Under the pieces are notes generated by a model. That model was not told where the DNA came from. It made no database searches and saw only the letters and a list, made by a program, of their open reading frames with translations. From Phoronis australis (Eukaryota; Animalia; Phoronida): a stretch of 64,000 bases of DNA. Shown one piece after another: positions 50,001 through 62,477 of this stretch. Both the position numbers and the translations under genes were made by a program. The DNA lies in contig NMRA01000110.1 of assembly GCA_002633005.1 (NCBI GenBank), positions 684,448 to 748,447 of the forward strand, given 5' to 3'. Numbering within the stretch: the first letter of the stretch is position 1; the number at the start of each line of letters is the position of its first letter.

Positions 50001-53000
50001 ATACTCAGATATAATCATGGGCCTATACTTGAATTTAAACAATATGGATCGAGCATACGAAACTCTGGAGCATAAATTCAAAGAACATTTTTAAATAGCA
50101 CGTGTAAATTAGATTCACTTATCCGCTACAAAAAGTAGATGTTGGTTTGTTATCTGAAAATAAGCTTATTAACTGGAAGATGCTAATAATTATAAAACAC
50201 AAAATGCCTTGAAATAACGCGTTGTTTCGGATGTAGGTGCTTGAGCCTAAATGGGGTCATGACGTCACACGTTGTGAATGCAAGTACATGTTGAGGTTAA
50301 GCGATTCACTTCATATGACCGAACTACCCATATTGTCTTCCGCAGGTCTACTTACAGTCGTACTGGTCCTGGAGGTCCTGTTTCTTTATACCGTCTTCCA
50401 TCGTGGTACGTATTCATACGCGTTACGCGTCTTGTAGACGTGCTGTATGCCGGGCTACAGAGGTGTGAGACTTCGGGAAACACTTGTCATGAACGTGACC
50501 TTACCGCTGGCCTTTTATTGTCACAATGCAAATTTTACGATATGAGGCCTCATAAATGTTTTGTACTTTAAATGCGCGCACCCAGGGNNNNNNNNNNAAC
50601 CCCCCCCCCACCCCAGTTGGCGAAGTGGTTAATAAGGTCCGCCTCAGTGAAACAAAAATTCCGAGAAAACGAGACAAAAGTCCACTAAATAGGCCCAAAC
50701 GCACAGTTCACAGATCTGAAGGTGGTACCCCGTTTTTTTTTAGTTATCCCGCTTTTTTGTTAGCAAAACGTCCACTTTGTCAGGGATTCGAGCCCCCCCC
50801 ATATTAAAGGCTGGGTGCGCGCATGCTTTGCTATGATTTCTACTACTAAACGTTTTCAGACACAAGGCCTAACCAGTATTGATCCATTAGATCAACATTG
50901 CAACTCGCTATTAGGCGTTCAGTTCGCACAGTATCGTTCTTACTAAATCACGTGACTGCCAGATATAAATGACACAGGTCATTCTTCAAAACCAAGTGTT
51001 ACAAAGATCATTGATCGCTATATATCTTGCTTAAAGTTGTGGTCCTGTTTAGATTCCGAGCTAAAAACTCGAATAGAGTTAAACCATTTGCTCTCATAAA
51101 ATTAGCATCATAGGATTCTATTCCCGTTACCAATAAGACCATCGTTTCAGACTTCCTTGGGTTGGGCAAATCTAAAATTGAGAATTTGAAAATGGCGCAG
51201 GTACGCATTGCCTGTGACCTGAATAAGTAATGGAAACAATGTTATTAATGTTGTGAGACAAAATTTTATGAGATTATGAATCCTACTCCATTTTCGTTTT
51301 AACGAACGTAACCAGAAGGAGTACTGCATTACCTCACATTATGGCTGATCTGCTTCTTTGTGCACTCTTCTCTAAAACGCCAAAACGAATTATTTTTAAA
51401 TTCGTCCACCTTTACTTGAGGACAATCATTGAAAACAGGACTTTTGTGAAGCTGCATTAAACGAAAACGAACTGTATCAATGTTTTTGAGATTGCATTTT
51501 GAACATTTTATATGAAATAAAACTTGATCGTGTTATTGATACTGCTTATTTGCTAACAATATACTTTAAATTTCCCTTTCGCTTAATTTATCTAAAAAGA
51601 CGTTATCAGTTGGCTCCAGTAATTTCAGATTGGTAAAGCGTCAAACATCAAATTCTACAGGCTTTTATCGAGCAAAAATCTGTAGTTTTATTTAAATTTG
51701 GCTAAATAGACGTGCATAGACTTGTCAGTAAGATCCTGCATAACTTATAAATATGAAGACATTTCTTGTATGAGGAGCCAGTATGCCTATACACGAAATC
51801 CTCAATTAAATTGGAGACTTAATCGTTCCCGGTCGACATTCTGGAACGCTGGATGTTACCTATATATTGTCGGTGTATAACAGGTAAACGTGTGGAACGG
51901 TTAAGTGTTTTACCTACATGGTATTGTAACATGTTTGCACCGTGTTTGAAAAACTCTGAGCCATGTTTGAAATCTCATGCCACGTTTAAAAAGACAGGGT
52001 TTCAAGAAAAATGATTGGAACTAGATTTGGATAGTGGAACTTGTTTTTATAACTTTGCAGCCAAAAAGATAACATGTCCAGGAAGTGAAAATAATGTTTT
52101 GTTTTTCTGAATTAGCAGCAAGAGAATAAGGATACGAAAACAGGAAGAGTTGCCCAGTCTTTTAATACGTGTATACGTAATAAGAAAGAAGTTAGACCGC
52201 TGAAATTGATAGACTATAGAGACTGGGATATAAAAGACTGATATCCATGCACGCATGATATCCATGCGCGTATGATATCGACGCCACTTTTCATTTGAAC
52301 TGGCGGCTATTTAATACTCATGTTTCCAGATCAAGCACAGTTCTTTTCATCGTTGACGATGTTACCGAAATGCAATGACGCAGCGATAAATGTTTTTGAG
52401 ATGTCAATCGTTCTACACGCCATTCTCACCACTCGTTTTCTCAATCTTCTCTCTGGCATGTGTCCTTGATTATCTGAGAACAGTCATCTCCGCTAATCAG
52501 ATTTACTCTGAGCCTGTAGTTTGCCATTTCGGATTGACCTAATTAACATTACGTGGGTCTTTAATTCCTATTCAAGATTCAAGAAGCTTTATTTAACGTC
52601 GTTCGGAGAACAGATTAACATTAGCCAGTTGGGCTTTAATACGACATTAAATTTAACAGAAAACATGAAGAAAATGGAACTTAAGCTAGAGGTGGAGAAT
52701 AACACAGAGATATAATTGTAAATAAAAGAAAAGTTGTCGTAATCGCTAAACTATATACTAGCTAGGGTCAAATGAGCATAAACGATACTAGTGGGTACAC
52801 GTGTAAATGCTATAATCTAGATAAATCGTAAGAGATACGTGTGTATACACTAATTACAGCATCTGGAGTGTTTACAAAGAGAACAGCTGCATTTAGGGCT
52901 AGTCCAGGTCCGAATCAGTCCACGGAAAATGGTGAAAGACTCTGTTGTGCGCTGCAGATTCGGTAGACTGTTCCGAAGCTGCGCCGCCCATCGCACTATA

Positions 53001-56000
53001 GGGGACTGGGGCTATTGCACCCACTCATTTCAGTGCTGCGTCCATGTTAATTACCTTCAGAATAGGGCACGTAAGCTCCGCCTACTAGAAGGATGACTGA
53101 ACACCCATGCAGGGCTCCAACACCTATGATAATCTTAACCTTTATCTTGTGCAAGGTGTTTTATAAGTGGTGATCTTATTAATGAGAATGTTTATCCCTG
53201 TCTGTCCCTAGGCTGGCCTCGGTGTCATCGTCCTGCTTTTCTTCATTGAACCGGGCGATGTAGGAGTTGAGATCCCTGATAAAGGTTTGTCTTCAGTCTG
53301 GTCATCGGCTGTCAGTGTGCCCTGTGTCCCTGTCTTAAGTTATGTCACAGTGATTCTTTGTAACTTATTACACCGTCCTCGTCGTCTGCTAATCACCTCC
53401 AGATGTCGCTGTCAAGCTCATTACATGCAGTTATGTAACCGATGGTCCCAACACTCATTTACTATGAGGAGACTGCCCAGCTAGTTGAAACAGGATGAGG
53501 TATATACAAAACAAACCTGTCACACCGTGACTAAATTGTTCCCAGCCGCCTCGAGATATACGCATTTTTGATACATTGAATCTATGTGGTAACGAATCTT
53601 TGCCTGTAGAACAAGTCAGGTCAATATCTTTGCAACATGTATCTGAAATAATCACTCAATTACAATTAAAAAATCGAAATGAAAAAGTCTCAGTTGATGC
53701 TACACTCCGGTGTTTCATGATATGACCTTGAAAGCAAAGCCAAGGTTACTAAAATGGAGTAGCGCCTGAACATGCTTCGGCTGCATCTCAATACTAAATG
53801 AGAACAAAATTTAACCTTCCTTCTAAGGGTATCGCGGTCGTGAAAATTATGTGACCCTCGCGCTAATACGCGGCGGGGTTTGTAACTATACATGATGTGC
53901 AAACGACGAGAGACAACTGCATGCAATCGGCGTGTGTGAAACAAAAAACAACTATCAGTGATGCGAAAAAATGTTGGGTGGAACTGACAGGGTAATCTGA
54001 ATTGCCCCCAATAGACTTTCATGTTCAAAGCAATGAAAATCAATGTAATTATATTGTCAATAATATTTTTCTATAGTTTACTGCTGTATTTGTCATGTTG
54101 GATAGTTTCAATATGACATTAATTAAACAAATGTAGACTTAAATTTGCACAAAATTGTTGTTCGCCGGTCGTCCTTACTCTCTTCCCGTTAGCAACGCGG
54201 GANGTCAGGTCAATGTCTTTGCAACATGTATCTGAAATAATCACTCAATTACAATTAAAAAAATCGAAATGAAAAAGTCTCAGTTGATGCTACACTCCAG
54301 TGTTTCATGATAAGCAAAGCCAAGGTTACTAAAATGGAGTAGCGCCTGAACATGCTTCGGCTGCATCTCAATACTAAATGAGAACAAAATTTAACCTTCC
54401 TTCTTAGGGTATCACGGTCGTGAAAATTATGTGACCCTCGCGCTAATACGCGGCGGGGTTTGTAACTATACATGATGTGCAAACGACGAGAGACAACTGC
54501 ATGCAATCGGCGTGTGTGAAACAAAAAACAACTATCAGTGATGCGAAAAAATGTTGGGTGGAACTGACAGGGTAATCTGAATTGCCCCCAATAGACTTTC
54601 ATGTTCAAAGCAATGAAAATCAATGTAATTACATTGTCAATAATATTTTTCTATAGTTTACTGCTGTATTTGTCATGTTGGATAGTTTCAATATGACATT
54701 AATTAAACAAATGTAGACTTAAATTTGCACAAAATTGTTGTTCGCCGGTCGTCCTTACTCTCTTCCCGTTAGCAACGCGGGAAAAATATATTTGCCAAGG
54801 TTTTGGTCATTTTTAGGAGTCGTGGATGACAAACCTGCAGTACTGTCTTGCCTAGAGACCCAGCCTGCTGTCTGGAAGTTGTGAATTTTGTTCTCTACTT
54901 TGCAAAATGTCATTATTATAGGCAACACTTTTCAGTTATTCTAGCTTAAAAATAATGAGCACAGCAGCTTCGGAAATTATTTACTGTTGCTAACGGACAC
55001 CTGAATGTTTCCACACAAGGCGGGAGTTTTTTTGCAATTTAGCATTTGACGAGGTCCAGTAGGCAGACTGGCAAAGCTGCTGTCCACCACGTTTAGCTTA
55101 CTGGAAAGGAAAATTGAATTTGGTTTTCTCTCTGATAACATCGGTCTCATTACATTCCTTACTGTAATAGGGTCCTATTCCCGCGTCCACCAAGATTGAA
55201 ACCACCAGTCAGTCAGTTGGTCAATCCTAAAATTGCGAATTCGAAAATGGAACATGTGTGTGCATTGTTTGTGACTGAGTTACTTAACGGAATTCTAAGG
55301 AACATGAGAGTACATGTAAGACCCCTATTCGATTTTGGTCTTAGCTATCTAAACAGGGCGAAATGTTGGTGGAGAGGGTCTCGGAGCTAGACTTTGCGGA
55401 GAAACGTTGAGGGCGAGGTTTGAGTTATTCATAATGGCGAGATGGATAAGTAGATATGTCTTGGTTTTACGTTTTGGACACGACTTTCAGGTAGTAGTGC
55501 TGCAGCCTCTGAGAAATCGACACAGCAGAACGCCATGTCGTTTAAAGAAGTCGCCAAAATAATGTAAGTAGTTCTTATCATCCCAGTCACGTGATGGCTT
55601 GTAGCTTTGCCATTGTAAAGTTAGAGTTTCGTAGATTGCTTCGTCTCTGAAAAAGATTTTTATTGGTTTTACTGCCTGCATTGTTGTTGTACTGGATACA
55701 CGTTTTGAAGTTTTTGGGTTTGATCAAATCTGTGAGTAACAAAATTCCACGTGTTTTGTGATTTGATTACAAATCTCCTATTCTCACAGTTGTCTGTGAG
55801 ACATTTAGAGAAATGATCAGATGCTCGTCTCTCTCCTATAGAATAAGTTACACTGTCAGTAATACACGGTTGTCAGGCAAAGCGAACGAACTGGCCCAAC
55901 ACGACATAGTCATTTGGCAAATTTAGGTTTGACGTCAAAGTCGTGTTAGAAGGAGGCAACCATGTTCAAATCCTTTTTGGCAAACCTCTCCATAAACGTA

Positions 56001-59000
56001 CAGATTTGCAAATCTTAAATGTTTACCTTTGCTACGATAGCCAGGTATGTTGGAATTACCACACCACAATATTTAACTGTGCACGCCTGCCACCGAGGAA
56101 ATTCTTAAGAGTTTAAACTGCCTGAAGCAAACGCAAAGATAAATAACAACCGTAGTAAAACAATTTGATAAACTTACCAAAAATGATAGTCATGGCAAAT
56201 AATGTACACCAAAAATGGAAATAGGCTTTTGACAACCTAAAGGTTGCCCACAGCTTATGGAACAGATTTCCGTCAGCCAATCACTTGAAACAAATCGTGT
56301 GGCTTTATGTAGTACAATTTTGACAATCCGAAAATGGTTGCCTCGGCAACTAATGCAAATGAATTTGGCAACTGCTTTTCTAACAGAAAGAAGCTACATA
56401 AAACACATATAACAGTCACGTGACTAGATCTGAGATGGGCCTTAATTACTACTGCCAGTAAAATCTAATAAAGCGTTGCCATGGCTGCGGGTGTTATTTT
56501 CATCACAGGAATTCAAGGCGAGGTCGGAGGCGTTGTTGTATAATGTTCACGGCGTTTTTGTTCAATCTTGTTAGATGCATTTTGGTTCTTTGGGTTAGTT
56601 TTCGGAGCAAAGCTTGCATTCTGGCCAAGGTACTTTATGTTCTATTATAAAACAGTTCAACATCTTCTCATGTGTACAGTGTCACTATTATAAATAATGA
56701 CATGTACTGCAAAACACTTTTCTGTTGTCAGTGCATATGCACTTTAGCTAGAAGCAATTATCGATAATTTTTCCATGATTCTCATAAAATGTATAGAAAT
56801 ATTTCATTAGCTCAAGTTCCAAAAATCAAATAATTTGGTACGAAAAGGCTTTTTTCAATAGTCCCGAATAACTCACATAGTCTACTTATGCGTCCGAACA
56901 TAAATTTCACCGTTCTGAGACATTATCGATCTAATCTGTACTTCTTATTGGTATTGTCTTTAGATTTTTATTAGTTTGCTTGCGGGATTTGGCTTTTAGG
57001 CTGGCCTTGGGCATATACATATACTTTTTGGTAACTGATACTAGGGGGATACATGTGACTGTAATATAAACCAAGTCCCTTGCTCAGAACGAAAACGGAT
57101 AAAAAATAGCAAACCCAATATTAGTTCGGCTGTCTGTCATACCCACTTCACTCAAGAGCTTCGAACTTACCAGTTTCCGTTGGCTGCAATTTACACACCA
57201 TATACCGAAACTAATGACGTCATGTCTTTATAGGCTTATATCAGAGCAGAAGGACAGATGAATTCAATTTTTCTTAGGATACACTCTTTTTCGACAATTT
57301 TTAAAATCGTAACAACAGGTGCAGTTTTTTTTTCATTGTCTTATTCAATATTTTGAGTCAACGCTTTATATATTTTGGCAGTAATGGTCAAGGCTGTTTG
57401 GCAAATAACACAAGAAAAATAGCTGTTGGCTTAAAATCCTAAGAAACACTGTGACCTTAAATGTGAATTCAAACACTTTGTCCGTAAATTCCCTAAGCTG
57501 ACAAAGATCCACGTTTTACCATTTCGCCTGTCTTTGATTTCAGAACGGTGAAAGAGTGCGCAGTGGCGCTATTCTGCCTGAAAGTAGTGCGCTATGCAAT
57601 GTTCATGTGGTTACCAATGTATCTCCTACACGCTGTGAGTACTCAGAAAGTGACTGCAGTAAAGGGTTTTCGTTAAAATTTTGACCTGGAACCAATGTAG
57701 TTTTAAACTGTTTCTCAAACGGTACTCTCTCTTCAAGTAATCAAGTAGATAAAAACGTAATCGGAATTAAAACGGATATTTCAAAATGATGTTTAAATTT
57801 CTGGGTATGCATCAACGAAATGGCGACCACTGTTGGGCGACTTTGAACTCCATCTTTAGAACTCCAGTAAAAACCGTCAGCACACTTAGGACGGTATGTT
57901 TACCACGACATGTCTTTTTTGGTGACATCTTTCGATTGGTGATGAAACTGGTGCACACAAACTAAAATTTATGATTTGTAGCCAGAGATGTCGCCGTGTT
58001 GAAACGCCGCAAGATGGTGTATTTTAACATTAATGTATTAAAATACATTAATGTTACCAGCAATATGGGGTAAAAATGTTGCTCCATTTACCACACAATC
58101 TATACTTATTGATTTTCACTCATTTCGGCTGACTTCCAAGAATGCAAACACTCTGCAAATAACATTGAAAACGAACACGCTCCCCAACGGTCATTTTCAC
58201 TCGGGTAAGACAGGAAATACAAACAGTTTAAGTTTAGACTTTAACATTTGTGATAAGGTATGATCAGGTTGGTCGGCTTTTCAGTGATCTACAGGGTATT
58301 CAGGGAGGTCAAATCCCCTCGGAAGATGTGACCTACCTAGGGGTCCGCTGATGCAGTACTCCTCCCTCGACGTGATTGATTCGACTCTGCTTTTGATAAG
58401 CAGCTGTTATACGAATATGCATGTAATTCATTCATATTGTTCATTGGATTTCAGCTCAAGTACTCTAAAGCCCAAGCCGGTCTATACGCGACTGTGTTTG
58501 AAATAGGTGGCGTCGCTGGAAGTGCACTAATGGGCTTCGTTTTAGAAAAGTACGTAAACGCAATATGAAACGCTATGGTAACTGCTGTAATTGAGAAAGG
58601 ACAAATATTAGGTTCTATGTTGTTAGCTGTAAACGGCTCTCAGCGCAAAAGCTTACTTTTGACTTCTGATCAACACCACGTGCGGTTAGGAAACTGTTAG
58701 TTGTAAAATCGCTCTCATCCACAAAATCTTACTTTTGATCACCACCAAGCGTAGTTATGAAGCTAGTCTCAAATTGTTCCTTCTTTAAAAGGACTGACAG
58801 TTGAGCCAAGACACTGTAAGTTGGCTTGTCACGGCGGCTAATTTTATGCGCCCTCTTTGGTCTCACTTTGGAAGCACTTTTCATCTGAGTTGGAAATAAG
58901 TTGCCGTTTTTATAAGGGCAAGCGGCCGAAGTCAGAAATTAGTTTCTTTCACAAAACGCAGGCTTGTAGGCCTATGCGCTTTGAATAAAGCATTTGAACC

Positions 59001-60682
59001 GATGGCGATTGAAACATTCGGATACCAAAAACTGCATTTTTGTCTAACTAAATGTGTTTAGCGGGACAATGATCACATGAAAGAGAAGTGAGGTCTCGTA
59101 GACGATGGAACAGGCCAAGTAGTATCGAGAACTTTTGTGGACAAAATAGTGATGCTTGAAACTGTCTAGTTTCTAGTTAGCGTTTGTGTCGGCAGCTCAA
59201 ATGTGTGACTTTGGACAGTCGTCGTTCAAATGTTTTATAGGCGCATTTAGGGGACACCGCGAAAAAAAATGTTGTCGGCATGCCGTTTTTCCCTCGAAAA
59301 TAGTGGTTGCAAGCTTAACTTTGTTAAGAAAAGATCTCTTGCTGCATCTTTTATTTCGGAGGTTATTGTGTGGAATGGTCGCTGTCTTCAGACTGGCTGG
59401 GGATCTGACGTTATGTGATGCTGTGTTGGAGTGTACACTCCGTATGAACACTGCCGACTTCTTAACAATATCATCAACGTGTGTTTAATCAAATTTCTAA
59501 CCTGTGTAACTCATACCTTTTTATTCCCTGACCAGGTGTTTTAGTGGTCGCACACTCTATGGCACCGCAGTACTTACAGGATGGAGTAGTGTATGTCTAG
59601 TCGCGTATATACTGACATCTAGCGGGGGGTTTGTGGTCAACTCCGTCCTCATGTTCTTGGCGGGAGCTTTCAACTGTGGACCTGACATAGTTTTAAGTAA
59701 GTATATAGGATATTGTTCCAACCAGTTCAAAGAGCGTTAGGAACCAGTCAACCACAAGTTGGAACTTCGGTTTTTATCTGCTAGACATCAGACGATCACT
59801 TCGTAGTTGATGTAGCTCTACATTGAAAAACCACCCCCTTCGTACACTCTGACGCGCTTAGACCAGTCTTCAGTATATCTGCTAACTATGTGTGTTTTTC
59901 CCGATCCCAACAATAACCAAGGTACACAAATTGAATTCAATTTTATAGTCAGTGATTTTACACAAAAAACCCGGATGGCGGGTACACAGGGAAATTCTGC
60001 TGCCTTAATTAGCATACATGAATATTCAGCAATTTGCATGTTGAAAGCACAGTAGCCCACGCAGTCTTACGGACATAACTGAGTGCTTGTGTTGGTTTAC
60101 AAAGATGTTTTGCGACCAATCTGTGACCCTTGAATAACAACAACCCTAATTTTGTATCTGCGGTATGAACGGCGTTACCATTTTGTAGGTGGATCGTTTC
60201 CAGCTAAATTGGGTGAAATGGATAATCGCAATGCAGCGGCCTCTGTAGTCGGGTTTGTAAATGGTAAGTAAAAACTTTCTGTTGTTCTCCTTTTTGTTTG
60301 TAAATTTTTGCAAAGATTTTCGACCTGTGTTTACAACATTGCGTTTAGGAAAAATAACTTCAATCATTGTTATGGCATTACTACTCACAAAACGTAACGT
60401 TTTAAGTAATCTTCAGAAAATTCGTGATTATTGGTTTTCAGTTCAGTTTTTATGGCTTGTTTTCCAGGTTTCGGCACCATAGGGACAGTGATCGAGGGAC
60501 CGATAATAGGTATTATTTCTGACATGTACGGCTGGTCGGGCATGTTTGTCTTTATGATACTGCTGTCCGTGATCGGCACGTTAGGCACGCTAAGAGCTGC
60601 CTATATATTCGAGAGAAGGAAGATCGTCAGCGTAGCAGACTTGACCGGTAATAAAGACACGTCCAGCGTGGGTGACGTGTAG
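44049..60682 (+). CDS. MFS organophosphate:phosphate antiporter family transporter (SLC37/GlpT/UhpT-like), 434 aa, 13 exons
   Basis: Phase-consistent exons: 44049-44141, 46575-46667, 47114-47194, 48008-48076, 49577-49702, 50346-50405, 53212-53284, 55491-55563, 57544-57634, 58455-58549, 59536-59696, 60189-60263, 60468-60682 (1305 nt). Motifs: AYGSTYFLRKP, GPIGDKIGAR (MFS motif A), WPNCTKGLGAWF..RDKVFGLF, FCLKVVRY..FMWLPMYL, FEIGGVAGS, NCGPD, GFVNGFGTIG. Confidence 0.92.
45052..45710. repeat. Duplication of about 330 bp across a single-N join (assembly overlap)
   Basis: 45052-45380 matches 45382-45710. N at 45381. Confidence 0.85.
48232..48356 (+). mobile_element. 5'-truncated copy of the CAGTGGCGGAT MITE family
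   Basis: gattccatttggcagttcgggggtgcgaat...ctggctaatactctgccct...gaatccgcccctg. Confidence 0.65.
50572..50824. mobile_element. MITE with 14-bp TIR ATGCGCGCACCCAG
   Basis: Perfect inverted repeat 50572-50585 / 50811-50824. A related internal segment occurs in reverse at about 61528-61623. Confidence 0.7.
53615..54782. repeat. Duplication of about 580 bp across a single-N join (haplotype overlap)
   Basis: 53615-54202 matches 54204-54782 with a small indel and SNPs. N at 54203. Confidence 0.85.
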
Positions 60683-60717
60683 TAAACCGGAGTAAAGGGA
60701 TAAAGTGTCCATCTTAC

Positions 60718-60779
60718 CTCTGTATCCGTTCGGACAACCTGTGGGTTTAACTCTGTATCCGTTCGGACAACCTGTGGGT
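60718..60779. repeat. 29-bp direct repeat in the MFS 3' UTR
   Basis: ctctgtatccgttcggacaacctgtgggt occurs twice. Confidence 0.85.
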
Positions 60780-61088
60780 CGTGCCGGTGGTTTTCACTTG
60801 AAGTGAATCTCTATTTCAAACAATGAAATCAAGTATATCTTTGGAAATTTAGTGGGGGACTTTGGTGCGTTTCGTATGGCTTTATTGTGTTTATGTTTTG
60901 GTATTTTGTAAACGTTTACATTTAATGTAATACTGAATAAAATGGTGAAAGTTAAGCTTGCTGTTGTCAATGGAAATGTCTTATGCGAATATCGCGATGG
61001 TTTGAACACGAAACTACTTGACCTTTTTGATGCACAGAATTCGCAAAATTTAACATAACGCGAAATCCCTCTTTCATGCTAAGTGATA

Positions 61089-61322
61089 CAGGGCTTGGAA
61101 CTTTCCTCCATTAAGAATATTTCCTCGTTTTTGGTTTCGATTTTCTCTCATTAGATTTCCTATTTCCTCTTTTTGCGCCTCTTTTCATCATTATTTTGAT
61201 TTTATTCATGCGAAAACTTAAAGTTTACAACACAAAATCTATCACACAAGCCTATGTATTTGTGTAACGATACATCACCTGAAAAATTTNAATGTTTTTT
61301 TCATTGGTCATTCCAAGCCTTG
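61089..61322. mobile_element. hAT-like MITE with 12-bp TIR and 6-bp TSD
   Basis: gtgata|CAGGGCTTGGAA...TTCCAAGCCTTG|gtgata. Confidence 0.75.
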
Positions 61323-61327
61323 GTGAT

Positions 61328-61459
61328 AAAAGTCCACATTCCTATGAGTTGTGGGTTTTCGAAAATATAAGTCTCGTCTAAGGGCATGAATGAATCCTAT
61401 TCATGCATGGACCCAGCCGAAAAAAGGAGGAACTCGAATTTTGGGAATGTGGACCTTTT
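61328..61459. repeat. Palindromic (foldback) element
   Basis: Outer arms aaaagtccacattcc / ggaatgtggacctttt and an inner hairpin gcatgaat-7nt-attcatgc. Confidence 0.6.
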
Positions 61460-62477
61460 AATAAGATTCACGGGGTACGTTCAGAGCTATGAATTGTGCA
61501 TCACCAAAATTTTGGTAGTTCCTGCCTTTTTAGTGGTCTTCTGTCTCGTTTCTACCTTTTTCGGAGTTTTTGTTTCTCTAAGGCGGACCTTTTTTCCCAT
61601 TTTGTCAAATGGGGGCGCGCATGCTAATCATGTTCAGCTGTGAATCTTTCTTCTAAGTATCTTAGAAGTGGCATTAAACGCTTGTTTTCTTTCAAAGATC
61701 TGGTTTTGATTTAGAGCACAAGCACCGTTGCGAAATTGATCTATAAAATTGTTTCATAGTAAAAAAATATGGGATTTCTGTGCTCGGAAAGAACTGACAG
61801 TTCGTTATATTTTAGACCAAGCTAATGAAATTTCCGGTCAACCTGTGACGTGAAATCTTACTTAATTGGCCCGAAGAAATTACGAAGTTTCAGTTCTACC
61901 CGAGCCTACAGATCACTTGTAAACTGAATAAGGGAGAAAACAAGACCAATTTTACGACAACGGTAAGTTGTATCTATCAAAAATTTTGGTTTCGACTGAC
62001 ATCACGGGTTGAATGTCGCTTTAAAGAAAAATGATGTACAATCTAAATAAAAAATCATTGGTCAACATATTCATGTTTACTGCTACATTGTATAAATGCG
62101 CCAGAGTGATAGCCATTACTGCCAAAGGTATGGCGCTTTGTTGAGTGAAGTTTAGAGCCAGTAAGCTGTTATAATATGTGACGCCAGATTTTTAAGGCAT
62201 AGACAGATTTAGGAAACTCGAGATTTGCAATTTAAGTGACAGACTGACGATTTTAATACAGACTATATTTAAACTTGAGACTATAAACTACATACCAATA
62301 AGTTGCGCTCCTAGCGGTAAATTCTTCTTCTGACACGTCAACCCCGCAGCGAATGCTCTCGATTTTTTAGTTCAGTATGGATCTTTCAAATAAAAATCGT
62401 TCTACCAAGTATCCCAAAGTGGAGTAAGGCGTTATCTTTCACGCATCTGCTGCACTGGATGAGACCACAAGAATATA

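Noticed and set aside
53690-54623. Two similar ORFs of about 120 aa
   Set aside because: Antisense intronic sequence duplicated by an assembly overlap, with no domain features.
54817-54881. Alternative candidate for MFS exon 8
   Set aside because: Weak donor (gtgaat). Exon 55491-55563 has strong sites and the expected MSFxE..I pattern.
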